Source: Octopus sinensis (Eukaryota). From it: a stretch of 64,000 nt of DNA. The notes below the pieces were generated by a model. It worked only from the letters and a program-made list of their open reading frames with translations. It made no database searches and had not been told where the DNA came from. Where the stretch lies: positions 21,328,001 to 21,392,000 of the forward strand of contig NC_043003.1 in NCBI RefSeq assembly GCF_006345805.1. Reading direction: 5' to 3'. Position numbers and translations under genes: made by a program. Within the stretch, counting starts at the first letter, position 1; every line of letters starts with the position of its first letter. Below are positions 1 to 12,222 of the stretch, one piece after another.

Positions 1-404
1 CTTATAGTCGTGATTCATATCGAGCCCGTCTGACTATTAGCGCGCGTCAACGATGAGTCTACGATTTTAAAAATAATTTAACATCATTTTTTATTCCATT
101 TTAATGCATAAAATGCATCGTATGTCGATGGTGGCGGAGTTGGCGTCCACGCTCACAGCTGCACCTGTTTGCTTCTCCCCCTTCCCTCCCTCGTGAAGCT
201 GTGGTGAAGGGAGTGTAAAGAAATCAACGTCGTAATGCGTTGTGAAGGAAACCAGCATTCTTTTAGAACAACGACTTCATGGCTTGAAGACACCAAAACA
301 AAAATGGCTAAGAAAGCCCAAATTTATAAGGGAAGTAACTCTCTAAAAATGCTTATATAGTTATTTCCCTTACAAACCCGAGCAACGCCGGGCGATACTG
401 CTAG
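1..404 (+). mobile_element. 3' portion of a non-autonomous Helitron
   Basis: CpG-rich segment ending in a GC hairpin CCCGAGC-AAC-GCCGGG (377-392), then CTAG (401-404) followed by T: the canonical Helitron 3' terminus. The 5' end lies outside the window. Confidence 0.6.
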
Positions 405-1077
405 TATATATATATATCTTTAACTTGTTCCAGTCATTGGACTGTCATCATACTGGGGTACCACCTTGAAGAATGTGACTGATCAAAATATACCCCAGTC
501 CCCTAATTTACAATATTGATGTTGAAGGACTCAAAGCACCTTACAGCCACAAGAAAATCAATGACAATGCATTCCAGAGCATTCAAGAGTTGTGTCATTA
601 TCACCATCATCATCATCATTGTTATCACCATTTAATACCTGTTTTTCATGTTGTCATTAGTTGGATGGTTCAACAAGAGCTGGCAAGCCAGAAGACTGTG
701 CTTAGCACTAATGTAGCTAGAGTGTGTGCTGCCCCTCATTTGCCACCCACCAGATCCCACAAAAATCATATATTGTCTATAGCAAACCCAAAATGCCAAC
801 CAATTTACAGATTGTGCTGGGTGCTTTGTATGTGGCACCTGCACCCATGAGGTCACCACATAAAACAAATTTACTCAACTGAATTGGGGAATGATATTGA
901 GGGTGGGGGGAGGCTTTGTGACAATTGATGAGTGATTATAGTATGATAGATGGACAGAAATAGGAGAGGAGAGAAGAGAGAGAGGATATGGTGGTGATTT
1001 ATTAGTGCAGAGATGGGGAGAAACGATGGTGGGGGAGACACATAGGTGGTACATGTGTCAAGTAGGGTTGAGTTGGT

Positions 1078-1324
1078 GGAGGTTGTGGCTTTGTGGTTAG
1101 GGGTGTTCGACTCATGGTCATAAGATTGTGGTTTCAATTCCTGGACTGAACAACGCATTGTGTTCTTGAGCAAAACACCTCATTTCATATTGCTCCACTC
1201 AGCTGGCAAAAATGAGCTATTCTGCAATGGACTGGTGTCCCATCCAGGTGGGGAGTATATATGCCACAGAAACCAGGAAACTGGCTCTTATGAGTCAGTA
1301 CGACTCAAAAAAGTAACTTTACCT
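1078..1324 (+). mobile_element. tRNA-derived SINE, family D (V-domain-like)
   Basis: tRNA-like head (GTGGTTAG..GGTTTCAATTCC), GTGTTCTTGAGCAAAACAC, CTGCAATGGACTGGTGTCCCATCCAGG. Related copies at about 22290-22630(-), 23210-23435, 23735-23880, 24232-24555, 25060-25160 and 62365-62550(-). Confidence 0.7.
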
Positions 1325-2269
1325 TTAGCTAGAATTGGGTTGAAGTGGTTTACAATCAGCTTGCTCTTCTGAACAGAGGCCACTATGGTAGGGGTAAGAC
1401 AAACAGAATTTCAAGTCTGCGTATCTGTGGGTAAGAACTTGAGTTGTAATGGTGAGTGATTTCCTTCCAGCTCATTAAAGAGAGCAGGGATTTCCTTTGG
1501 ATGCTGGCTGGGCTGTTCTTGTGTACAACAACAGTAGCCCTGTCCCAGATGTAGGAGCATTATTCCATTGTGAGTTTCATTTGGATTCCTGTAGAGTTAC
1601 TTTTCTGTCAAACCCATAAAGGTTTTTCCACAAATTTTTCTTCATACTCATAGTCATTTCTTCATTTCTGTGACTGTTCCTATATAACTGTAGCCAACAC
1701 TATCCTTGTGGACCCTTCACTACACTTCTATTTATAGTCAGTACTGCCATCCCTAACAATATTTATAGTAAAAATTGTACTGAAACAATACATGTTTATC
1801 TGTGTGTAAGTTATAAAGGTCTGCTCATAGAGAAGGAGTTAATAATGGTAAGAGGGGGAGGCAAAATGAAAGAAAGAGAGAGGGAGAGAGAGAGTGAAAG
1901 AGAGAGAGAGATGTAACTATGATATTCTCAGCAGGAACAGACAATGTTATAACTATGTAACAGAAGACAGTATCATTCAAACAAATAATGTGATATCAAA
2001 ATATAGTGTTAAGATGTTGATATCCTTGCACACACATACACACACTCACACTCAAGCACAAACACACAGTAATCAATGTTCTGTAACTTCCAAAAGAACA
2101 CACTTGTTCGCTGCCCTGTCTCTATCTTTTGCGCTTATTTGAGCTATTTTTGGTCACCTAACCTTCATCTGATTGTTGGTAGTTGACAGGTTATTAATAT
2201 AGTGCTGTGAAATAATCTATCTTTTACAGCATTCACTCACTCATACACACACACACACACACACATATC

Positions 2270-2554
2270 CATTCTCACCATCTCCTTTTTTCTTTCTTCA
2301 TCTTTCCTTCTTTCCTCTTATTATCTCTAGCTAGCTTCTCTTCCTCATTGTCTCTTCCCTCATTCTCTTCACTATCTATTTGTCTCTTCCTTTCTTTCTC
2401 TCTCCTCCTCCGTCTCTTTCTTTCTTTCTCTCTGGGCTCCCATCCCTATGATATTCTCTCACTCTCTTTCTCTCTAGCTATCTCTCTCTATCTATCTTCT
2501 CTTTCTCAGTTTCTATCCTGGTGACTATCTCTCTCTCTTTCTTTCTTTCTCTCT

Positions 2555-2593
<39 letters not shown>

Positions 2594-2610
2594 ATTTATG
2601 TCTGTCTATC
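2270..2610. repeat. pyrimidine-rich (CT)n low-complexity tract
   Basis: Degenerate and pure CT repeats. Confidence 0.9.
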
Positions 2611-3017
2611 TGCCTGTCTGTACTGCCATCATCTTAATCAAGTTCATTAACTACCAGAAATGGTCATCACGAGAAGTAAGTAAGCATCAAAGACTACTTT
2701 AATAATAACCCAACAAACAACCCAACCACCTCCTCGCCGTACACCACACAACAGACACTCGATCTAACAAGACAACTGACTACAACTATAAGGTTAAGCT
2801 GACTGACAACTAACTACAAGGTCAAGAACTTAAACCTCGCTAAACGCATCACGTTGCAAGTACCCGCCCCCTAGGCTAGGAACATTACTTTTCTTGCCTT
2901 GCTTTGCTTTCCTCTTTCACACTACAGAGGGGTCAACAGTAGAAAGGATCATATAACTGGAAAAAAAAAAAAATGACAACCTCTGCAACACATGTTTCAA
3001 CAGTATATAACTCTACA

Positions 3018-3181
3018 TTATTTCGGCTGTCTTTACGTTCTGAGTTCAAATTCCGCCGAGGTCGACTTTGTCTTTCATCTTTTCGGGGTCAATAAATTAA
3101 GTATCATTTGTGTACTGGGATCGATCTAACCGACTGGCATCCTCCCCAGAAATCTCAGGCCTTGTGCCTAGAGTAGAAAAG
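3018..3181 (+). mobile_element. 5'-truncated SINE family B with 16-bp TSD
   Basis: GTTCTGAGTTCAAATTCCGCCGAGGTCGACTTTG..TTTCGGGGTC core; identical flanks AGTATATAACTCTACA at 3002-3017 and 3182-3197. Confidence 0.85.
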
Positions 3182-4199
3182 AGTATATAACTCTACAGAG
3201 ATCTTTTTTTAGTTTATATTATGGATAGAATATGGTTGATATATTGGTCTGCATTATTCTTATTTACTTAATTTTGTGATTTCTTTTTTTCAATGTCGTG
3301 CTTTTTTTGTTTTTAATTTTAACAATGGTATTATTGGTTATAGGCTTCTACAAAGCCATTCTGTGGTTTGATGTACAATTTATATAGACAGTAATAAGGG
3401 ATTGTTTGTGTTACCAAAAACCAGGCACGTTACTTTCGTTTAAACCAACAGGTTTATACATATCATCACCATGATGACAGCCCACAGTCAAACCGTCCAA
3501 CCCATGCTGATGATATGTATTCTTGTATTTTAAATCATTGAGGTATTTGAAAATAACCTGACCAAATCCAACCAAACTTCAAAGAAAGTTTTATGTCTTT
3601 CTATATATATATGTATGCTTACATACATATACATAAATGTAAAGAGAGAGAGATGCATGCACACCCAATAGGTTTCTGCACACCTCTTATTTGTAAAATA
3701 TCACTCAAAAAGTTAAAAGGTTTTGCTCAACTCAAGGCTGTTGAGGCTATGGTAGAAGACATTTTGTCCAAGGTCCCCTGCAGGCACCATGGGCTTATGA
3801 AACAAACTTCTTAATCACACATAATTCAGTATACGTTTCTTCTCCTGCCATCCCAATTCTGCTGTGAACACCAAATTATGGTAAGCACTCATCAACTTCC
3901 ATCTATCCTGGGTAGATAAAATAAAGTACCAGTCAATTGTTGGAATCAATTCAATTTCCTCTATCCACCTTTCAGCAGTATGTGAGCTTGAGCCAATATT
4001 TGGAGATCAATAATTTAGGACTTGTGATAGATTGACAGAATCATTCATCTTGGACAAAATGCCTGGCAATATTTAGTTGCATTCCTTTAAGTTTTAAATT
4101 TGAATCCAACAGGCTGGCTTTGCATTTTGTTCTTTCAGCTTTGATAAAATTCTTTCTTTTTTTATTCTTTTTCTTTTTTCATTTTTTTTTTAAGAATAC

Positions 4200-4735
4200 A
4201 AGCATGGTTAAACACAGACATGGTTGTATGGTAAAAAGTTTCCCAACTACATGGTTTCAGGTTCGGGCCCACTGAGTGGGACCTTGGACAAGTGTCCTCT
4301 GCTATAGCCTTGGATTGGCTAAAACTTTGTGAATGGATTTGGTAGATGGAAACTGAAAGAAGCTCATTGTATATATTGATGGATGGATGGATAGAGGGAC
4401 GGACAAATGGACAGACAGACGAACAGACAAGGAGACAAACGGACAGATGGATGAATGAACAGACATTTGTATGTGTGCGTTTGTGTGTTTGTATTGCTGC
4501 CATCTTCCCTTGATATCATGCGATAGTCGTAAACAAGTGTCACCATCATGTAAGTGGTGTCATTCATTTCCATCTTCCATGAAACATGTCTGGTCATGGG
4601 GAAATATCAGTCTACATGGAAACGGTTGAAGGTTGGCAACAGGAAAGGCATCTGACCATAGAAAATCCACCTCAACAAATTCTGTCTGGTCCATGCATGC
4701 ATGAAAAACTGGATGTTGAAGCATCGATCAGATGA
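4200..4735 (+). mobile_element. SINE with family-A head and RTE-type (family C-like) tail
   Basis: Head ..GACCTTGGACAAGTG..GGATTTGGTAGATGGAAACTGAAAGAAGC, then a different 3' half ending GGTTGGCAACAGGAAAGGCATC. Reverse copies at about 19530-19985 and 26110-26610. Confidence 0.6.
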
Positions 4736-5002
4736 TGAATAAAATTTGTTTATTGAGAAAATGTCTTACAACAAGCCATCTCAATGTCTTGTACTCCCAA
4801 GAGGCTCTGGCTTTGATTTGTTTGACAAAACCCTTCAGTGTGGTACTCCAGCATGGCAAAAGTCCAATGACTGATACAAATAGAAGATAGAAAGTGGACA
4901 TAAAAGATGAGAAAAGATATATACCATCGCCACCACCCTAATATTTGCATCCTATTTTGGAAATTGATATTTAGGATTTAAATAAGGCAGCGAGCTGTCT
5001 TA

Positions 5003-5387
5003 TATGGTGCAGGCATGGCTGTGTGGTAAGAAGCTTGCTCCCACCCACATGGTTCTGAGTTCACTCCCACTATGTGGTATTATAGCCTCGGGCCGACCAA
5101 AGCCTTGTAAGTGGATTTGGTAGATGGAAACTGAAAGAAGCCTGTCATATATGTGTGTATATGTGAGAGAGAGTCTCTGTTTGCTCCTTCACCATCACTT
5201 GACAACCAATGTTGGTGTGTTTATGTCCCCGTAATATAGCAGTTCAGCGAAAGAGACCAATAGAATAAGTACTAGATTTACAAAGAATAAGTCCTAGGGT
5301 TGATTTCTTTGACTAAAACCCTTTAAGGTGGTGCTCCAGTTTGGCCACGGTCAAATGGCTGAAACATGTAAAAGAGTAAAAGAGAGC
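5003..5387 (+). mobile_element. SINE family A (degenerate)
   Basis: GGCTGTGTGGTAAG head, central TA/TG tract, tail GGTGCTCCAG..ATGGCTGAAACATGTAAAAGAG. Confidence 0.8.
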
Positions 5388-5567
5388 TGGCAGAACAGTT
5401 ATCATGCTGGGCAAAATGTTTAGTGGCATTTCATCTGTTTTTACATTCTGAGTTCAAATCTCACTGAGATTGATTTTGCCTTTCTTCCTTTCAGGGTTGA
5501 TAAGATAAGTACCAGTTGAGTTCCGAAATCAATGTAATCAACTTTAATGTCTAGAATTTAATTATAT

Positions 5568-5960
5568 AGGTGCAGGAGTGGCTGTGTGGTAAGTAGCTTG
5601 CTTACAAACCACATGGTTCCGGGTTCAGTCCCACTGCATAGCACCTTGGGCAAGTGTCTTCTACTATAGCCTCGGGTCGACCAAAGCCCTGTGACTGGAT
5701 TTGGTAGACGGAAACTGAAAGAAGCCCGTCATATATATGTATATGTATATATGTGTGTGTGTGTGTGTCTTCCCCCCCCCCCCAACATCACTTGACAACT
5801 GATGCTGGTGTGTTTACATCCCCATAAGTTAGCAGTTTGGCAAAAGTGACCGATAGAATAAGTACTGGTCTTACAAAGAATAAGTCCTGGGGTCGATTTG
5901 CTCGACTGAAGGCGGTGCTCCAGCATGGCCACAGTCAAATGACTGAAACATGTAAAAGAG
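5568..5960 (+). mobile_element. SINE family A, full length (tRNA head, CORE-like CCTTGGGCAAGT, internal microsatellite)
   Basis: A-box/B-box-like head GGAGTGGCTGTGTGGTAAG...GGTTCCGGGTTCAGTCCC; conserved tail GGTGCTCCAGCATGGCCACAGTCAAATGACTGAAACATGTAAAAGAG. Resembles octopus OR-type CORE SINEs (from memory). Confidence 0.9.
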
Positions 5961-6404
5961 TATATGGTTTCAATTTCAAAAATGCTAGGATTTTTTTTTT
6001 ATTTTGTGTGTGTGTTTGTAGAAGCTCTTGCTTATCTAACCACACTACAAGAGCTTCCTATTATGAACAGTCAGGCCAGATAGATAAAACATAACCTACA
6101 TCTACCTCACACAACCAATTACTACCACACAATACTGTATAATGTGATTTGGGACCAAACTTTTTATTTAGAATAGCATAACTGGGACACAGGACTTATG
6201 AAACTTTTTGCTAAGCTGTAACTTTCAAGATTCTTTTGTGCTCACATATTCTTAAAAAAAAATACAAAAATACTCATAAAATCAGTTTTACTAAACCTCA
6301 AAGTTTAGAACATCTTGAATAGCAATATCAATGCTACCCAACCAATGGGCAAAAATAAATATATAATCCTGCATTTCTTCTTATAAACAACTATATGTGT
6401 GTGT

Positions 6405-6785
6405 GTGGCTGTGTGGTAAGTAGCTTGCTTATGAACCATATGGTTCCAGGTTCAGTCCTACTGCATGGCACCTTGGGCAAGTGTCTTCTACTATAGCCTC
6501 GGGCCGACCAAAGCCTTGTGAGTGGATTTGGTAGACGGAAACTGAAAGAAGCCTGTCGTATATATGTATATATATATGTATGTTTGTGTGTCTGTGTTTG
6601 TCCCCCCAACATTGCTTGACAACCAATGCTGGTGTGTTTACGTCCCCATAACTTAGCGGTTCAGCAAAAGAGACCGATAGAATAAGTACTAGGCTTACAA
6701 AGAATAAGTCCTGGGGTCGATTTGTTCGACTAAAGGCGGTGCTCCAGCATAGCCACAGTCACATGACTGAAACACGTAAAAGAGT
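6405..6785 (+). mobile_element. SINE family A
   Basis: Same head, body and tail as 5568-5960. Confidence 0.9.
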
Positions 6786-6790
6786 GTGTG

Positions 6791-6830
<40 letters not shown>

Positions 6831-6852
6831 CACAGACACACACACATACACA

Positions 6853-7074
6853 CGTGAGGGGATGCTGAAAAGTTCCTGGCTTTAAGAGTATCGTGAAAGG
6901 CCTGGTTGAAAGTTCAACTTTCTGAATTCTTTTATAGAGCTTAAAAAAAACTGAAGGGCTGCTGTGATAAGTGTGTGAATCTGAGAGGGGAATATGTTGA
7001 ATAAAATTATAATTAACTGATCCTCCTGTGTTCTCTTTTACCCAAAGCCAGGAACTTTTCAGCACCCCCTCGTA
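6853..7074 (+). mobile_element. mariner-derived MITE
   Basis: About 30-bp TIRs (GAGGGG.TGCTGAAAAGTTCCTGGCTTT / AAAGCCAGGAACTTTTCAGCACCCCCTCGTA); interior encodes KCVNLRGEYVE*, a mariner transposase C-terminus. Confidence 0.85.
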
Positions 7075-7425
7075 TATTGTATTGTATCATAATCAGCTTT
7101 ATCATTGTTTTAATCTTCAATTTTGCATGCTTGCATGGGTAGACAGAGTTCACCAAGGCAGATTTCCTATAACTGGATGCCTTTCCTGTTGCCAACCCTC
7201 AATTCAAAGCTTACTTGTCTTCACAGTCTGATGACAGTAAACCAAAACTTCAAACTCACTGTCAGTGAGTAAAAATAAATTATATAAATATATATATATA
7301 ATAAACATACATCTATATTTATACACACAGACACATACAAAGTGTATATATGTGTGTGTGTGTATATATATATATACATACATACATACATACATACATA
7401 CATACATACATACATACAGACAGAC

Positions 7426-7468
<43 letters not shown>

Positions 7469-7691
7469 TAAAAAGGTAGGTGGGTAGGTAGAGAGAGAGA
7501 GAGAGAGAAATCAATAGATATCCATTATATTAGAATAGAAATTTCTGGATTCAATTTATTTGACTAAACCCTTCAAGACAATGTTATAGCATGGCCGTGG
7601 TCCAATGACGAGTAAAAGATAAAAGATATAAATATATATATATATATATAATATATATATATATACATACACAGACACACACACATACACA

Positions 7692-7913
7692 CGTGAGGGG
7701 ATGCTGAAAAGTTCCTGGCTTTAAGAGTATCGTGAAAGGCCTGGTTGAAAGTTCAACTTTCTGAATTCTTTTATAGAGCTTAAAAAAAACTGAAGGGCTG
7801 CTGTGATAAGTGTGTGAATCTGAGAGGGGAATATGTTGAATAAAATTATAATTAACTGATCCTCCTGTGTTCTCTTTTACCCAAAGCCAGGAACTTTTCA
7901 GCACCCCCTCGTA
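7692..7913 (+). mobile_element. mariner-derived MITE (duplicated copy)
   Basis: Matches 6853-7074. Confidence 0.85.
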
Positions 7914-8319
7914 TATTGTATTGTATCATAATCAGCTTTATCATTGTTTTAATCTTCAATTTTGCATGCTTGCATGGGTAGACAGAGTTCACCAAGGCAG
8001 ATTTCCTATAACTGGATGCTTTCCTGTTGCCAACCCTCAATTCAAAGCTTACTTGTCTTCACAGTCTGATGACAGTAAACCAAAACTTCAAACTCACTGT
8101 CAGTGAGTAAAAATAAATTATATAAATATATATATATAATAAACATACATCTATATTTATACACACAGACACATACAAAGTGTATATATGTGTGTGTGTG
8201 TATATATATATATATATACATACATACATACATACATACATACATACATACATACATACATACATACATACATACATACATACATACATACATACATACA
8301 TACATACATACATACAGAC

Positions 8320-8350
<31 letters not shown>

Positions 8351-8509
8351 TAAAAAGGTAGGTGGGTAGGTAGAGAGAGAGAGAGAGAGAGAAATCAATA
8401 GATATCCATTATATTAGAATAGAAATTTCTGGATTCAATTTATTTGACTAAACCCTTCAAGACAATGTTATAGCATGGCCGTGGTCCAATGACGAGTAAA
8501 AGATAAAAG

Positions 8510-8548
<39 letters not shown>

Positions 8549-9305
8549 TAGGTGGAGAGAGTGAGAGAGAAAGAGAGAGAGGGAAGAATAAATAAAAATT
8601 GGTTGAATTTGAACTTTTCTCCATTTTGCCACAGACAGATCAAACAGTACAAATTCGGTAGAAACACATGCAACAGTTTGGAATATTCTAAATATGGAAA
8701 ACAAACATTCATATTTGGCTGAATCTATTCACCTTCATACTCTGCCATGTTCGTCCCCGTCTTACATCATTCCATTCTGCCTGAGTTCTCATTAGTCGAG
8801 TCGAAACCTCTTTCTTCTATTTAAGGGTCTAAACCATCTCAAGCCCACATTCCATCACTAAAAACTAACAAAGGAAAAAGCCTCTACATAGCTTCTTGAC
8901 CTACTAGAAATAGTAGTCAAATCTTCATTATTACACGTTACGGTCTTGGAAAAGAAATGACACACACAGTGTAGTTGTAGGTAGACGAATTGATAGTCAA
9001 GGCTGGAATGTCTTTGATCCGAAATCTACTCTGTTGGGTCAGATGGGGACTAAATAAAAAACAGCCTAGGACCCTCTCCTGGATTCCCATAACTTATTGT
9101 CACTCTCCAGCGCTAATCCTAATATCATCACCCAAATTTAATTCTACTTTTTGTCTTTCTTTGTTTCTCTCTCCCTCTCTATCTAGTCTACATCTCTTTT
9201 TTCATTCATACATTCTTCCCTCTCTCTTTCTCTCTTTCCTTTTCTCACACACACACATACAATATTACAATATTGTCTGTATTGCTTTTTCTTTACTTTC
9301 ATATT

Positions 9306-9348
<43 letters not shown>

Positions 9349-9354
9349 ACATAT

Positions 9355-9574
9355 ACTCTTTTATTCTTTTATTTGTTTCAGTCACTTGGCTGCAGCCATG
9401 CTGGAGCACCACCTTTAGTCAAACAAATCGACTCCAGGACTTATTTTTTGTAAGCCTAGTTCTTATATTATCGGTCTATTTTGCCGAACCACTAAATTAT
9501 GGGGACATAAAGGCACCAGTATCAGTTGTCGAGACACAAACACACATGCACACACACACACACCACACACACAC

Positions 9575-9613
<39 letters not shown>

Positions 9614-9635
9614 GCTTCTTTCAGTTTCCATTTAT
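9355..9635 (-). mobile_element. SINE family A (3' part)
   Basis: Reverse tail TTTCAGTCACTTGGCTGCAGCCATGCTGGAGCACC. Confidence 0.8.
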
Positions 9636-10210
9636 ATGTATATATATATATATATTTGTGTGTGTGTGTGTATATCTGTTTATGTGTACATATATATATA
9701 TATTTATATACATATATGTATATATATATCTGTTTATGTGTACATATATATATATATATCTGTATATATGTTTCTTTCTCTCTAAATCTCCCTTTGTTCC
9801 ACCTATCTCTTTTTCCTTTTTGCTTTCTTCCTCTCATCTCCCTCTCCTTCCCCCACCAACATCCCTCATCTTTTCACATCTTACTATCCCCTTTCTCTGT
9901 CTTTCTTCTTCATGCTTCTTACTACCTGCTCCCTTACATCTTTTACTGCTCCTCCTGCTCCTCCCTCTTCACTCTTCTACTTACCCACCTCACCCCATTC
10001 TACTTTCTCAACTCCTTTTTTCTTTTCTTTTTATCTTTTCCTATTTTCCTTAAACATTTTGCTGAACCCAACCATTTAACATTTTCTCTTTTACTTTTCC
10101 TTCTGGTAATTCGTCCTTTTCCCCTCCTTCCATTCTCTTTCTCTTTTTCTCTCTCTCTCTCTCTCTCTCCACCCTCTTTTTTTTTCTTTTGTTCTCCCTT
10201 TTCTATCTCT

Positions 10211-10417
10211 TTTACTCTTTTACTTGTTTCAGTCATTTGACTGTGGCCATGCTGGAGCACCGCCTTTAGTCGAGCAAATCGACCCCAGTACTAATTCTTT
10301 GTAAGCCCAGTACTTTTTCTATCGGTCTCTTTTGCTGAACCGCTAGGTTACGGGGACGTAAACACACCAGCATCGGTTGTCAAGCGATGCTGGGGGGACA
10401 AACACAGACACACAAGC

Positions 10418-10470
<53 letters not shown>

Positions 10471-10658
10471 TTATATACACACACACATATATACAACGGG
10501 CTTCTTTCAGTTTCCGTCTACCAAATCCACTCACAAGGCTTAGGTCGGCCCGAGGCTATAGTAGAAGACACTTGCCCAAGGTGCCATATAGTGGGACTGA
10601 ACCCGGAACCATGTGGTTCATAAGCAAGCTACTTACCACACACCCACTCCTATGCCTA
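10211..10658 (-). mobile_element. SINE family A, full length
   Basis: Reverse complement of the consensus from CTTTTACTTGTTTCAGTC to CCACTCCTATGCC. Confidence 0.9.
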
Positions 10659-10739
10659 TATCTCTCTTTGTTTCTCTCCCCACACACACTCTCCTTACAT
10701 CCTTCTTTTCTTTGACCTCTTCTCCTTTCTAGACTCATC

Positions 10740-11930
10740 AAACAACTAACGCCCCCCCCCCACCCCGCCCATCCTGTCATCACCATCACCACCATCCTCA
10801 TCTCCAACACCTTTTTACCTGCATATCTTCCATCACCACCACCACTAAACACCACCATCACCAACACCCTCATCTCCAACATCTTTTCTACCACCACAAC
10901 TCTCTGCTCCTCTTCCTCCTCCTGTCTCCCCTCCACCCTCTAGTTTATTAATATTAGAAAACTTATGTTAAGGTTCTTATTGTTGTCATTGATAACACCT
11001 CCTCACCTTATCCTCCTCCTCCATCTCCTCCTGACTCCCCCACCCCCCACCCTACCTTGTAATTGAGTTAGTTGTTGTCCATGTTGTTGTTATTACCTGT
11101 GCATACCTCTCGCATCACTACCACCTTCCACCCTCCTCACACACACACGTTACCTGCAGTTTGTATTGTTGTTGATGTTGTTGCTAATAATGATGTAGCT
11201 GCTGCTGCTGCTGATGATGATGCTGTCTTCAACTGCACTCACCACACACACGCATGCACACACACACACACACACGCGCACACACACTCACCTGCAACTG
11301 TAATTGTAGTTGGTGGTGTTACAAATGATGATGATGATGCTGCTGCTATTAACTACACCCCCCCCCCCACACACACACATACACACATAAGCATTCACAT
11401 TCTGCCTGCAATTTTAATTGTTTATGATGATGTTGCCGATGATGATGGTGGTGGTGGTGGTGGTGGTGGTGGTGGTGATGATGATGATGATGGTGATGAT
11501 GATGCTGTTGATGTTGTTTATCTTTGCTAATACTTAGCTGTAAGACATGTGCCTCAGCTGTGATATTGATTCTCCGTCCTTGTAACTGCTACTGTTGCTG
11601 GCCTTGTAACACACCGCAACTCTTTAATTTCTCATCCTAGCGAATCTTTATTCTGCCACAACAGTTGTGCTGTTGATGCCATCATCATCACCACCACCAC
11701 AACCACTACCACCACCACCACCACTACCACAAACCCCACCGCCGCCGCCACCATTGACTAGCCGGCCAGTCAGCCTGCAAGCCATCTTTCCATTCATCCT
11801 TTCATTCATCTCTGTATCTATCTATCTATCTATCTATATCCATATATATATATATATTTCTATCTATCCATCAACTCTTCCAGCCTGTCTATCTGTCAAT
11901 CCATCCATTCATCCATCTATCTATCCATCC
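10740..11930. repeat. mosaic of (CCA)n/(GAT)n/(GGT)n/(CA)n/(CTAT)n microsatellites
   Basis: Direct reading. Confidence 0.85.
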
Positions 11931-11999
11931 ACATTGCACACACTGGCTGACTGACTGGCTGCACTTGGGAGAGCCTGCTTGCCTCATCCGTACAATGTC

Positions 12000-12222
12000 T
12001 CCTCTGGCTAGTTGTCGTCGGCAACACTAAATATAGTCCGAATGAACTGTGAACCCTTTCCCGCCCCGCCCACAACCTCCGGAGAACTTTAGGCTTCTTT
12101 TTTTTTTATATGACATTCCTTGCTTTCCTTATTACACCAGCCTTCTCGTTAAATCAAAGCAGGATTCTTATTTCGTTAATTAATTACTTTACCTTCACAG
12201 GTCAACTAAATTTACGGTGAGT
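12000..12222 (+). promoter_or_regulatory. candidate promoter or short non-coding exon
   Basis: Non-repeat, CpG-retaining sequence; X-box-like GTTGTCGTCGGCAAC (12011-12025); GC box CCCGCCCCGCCC (about 12060-12071); TTTACCTTCACAG|16 nt|GTGAGT (12201-12216). Confidence 0.3.

Larger units (their letters stand above)
6795..8545. repeat. near-identical tandem duplication, two units of about 840-885 bp
   Basis: CACGTGAGGG at 6851 and 7690; the units differ mainly in microsatellite lengths; boundaries lie in (TA)n tracts. Confidence 0.95.

Noticed and set aside
5568-5650. tRNA-like A/B boxes
   Set aside because: These are SINE heads with no cloverleaf; no genuine tRNA, rRNA or snRNA gene was seen.
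7220-7270. CTGATGA motif followed by a small hairpin (possible hammerhead ribozyme)
   Set aside because: No GAAA core or stems I/III in the right geometry; other CTGATGA hits (e.g. about 48696) also fail.
9273-10260. Overlapping 120-190-aa ORFs rich in YI/SL/F
   Set aside because: Microsatellite and pyrimidine-tract translations.
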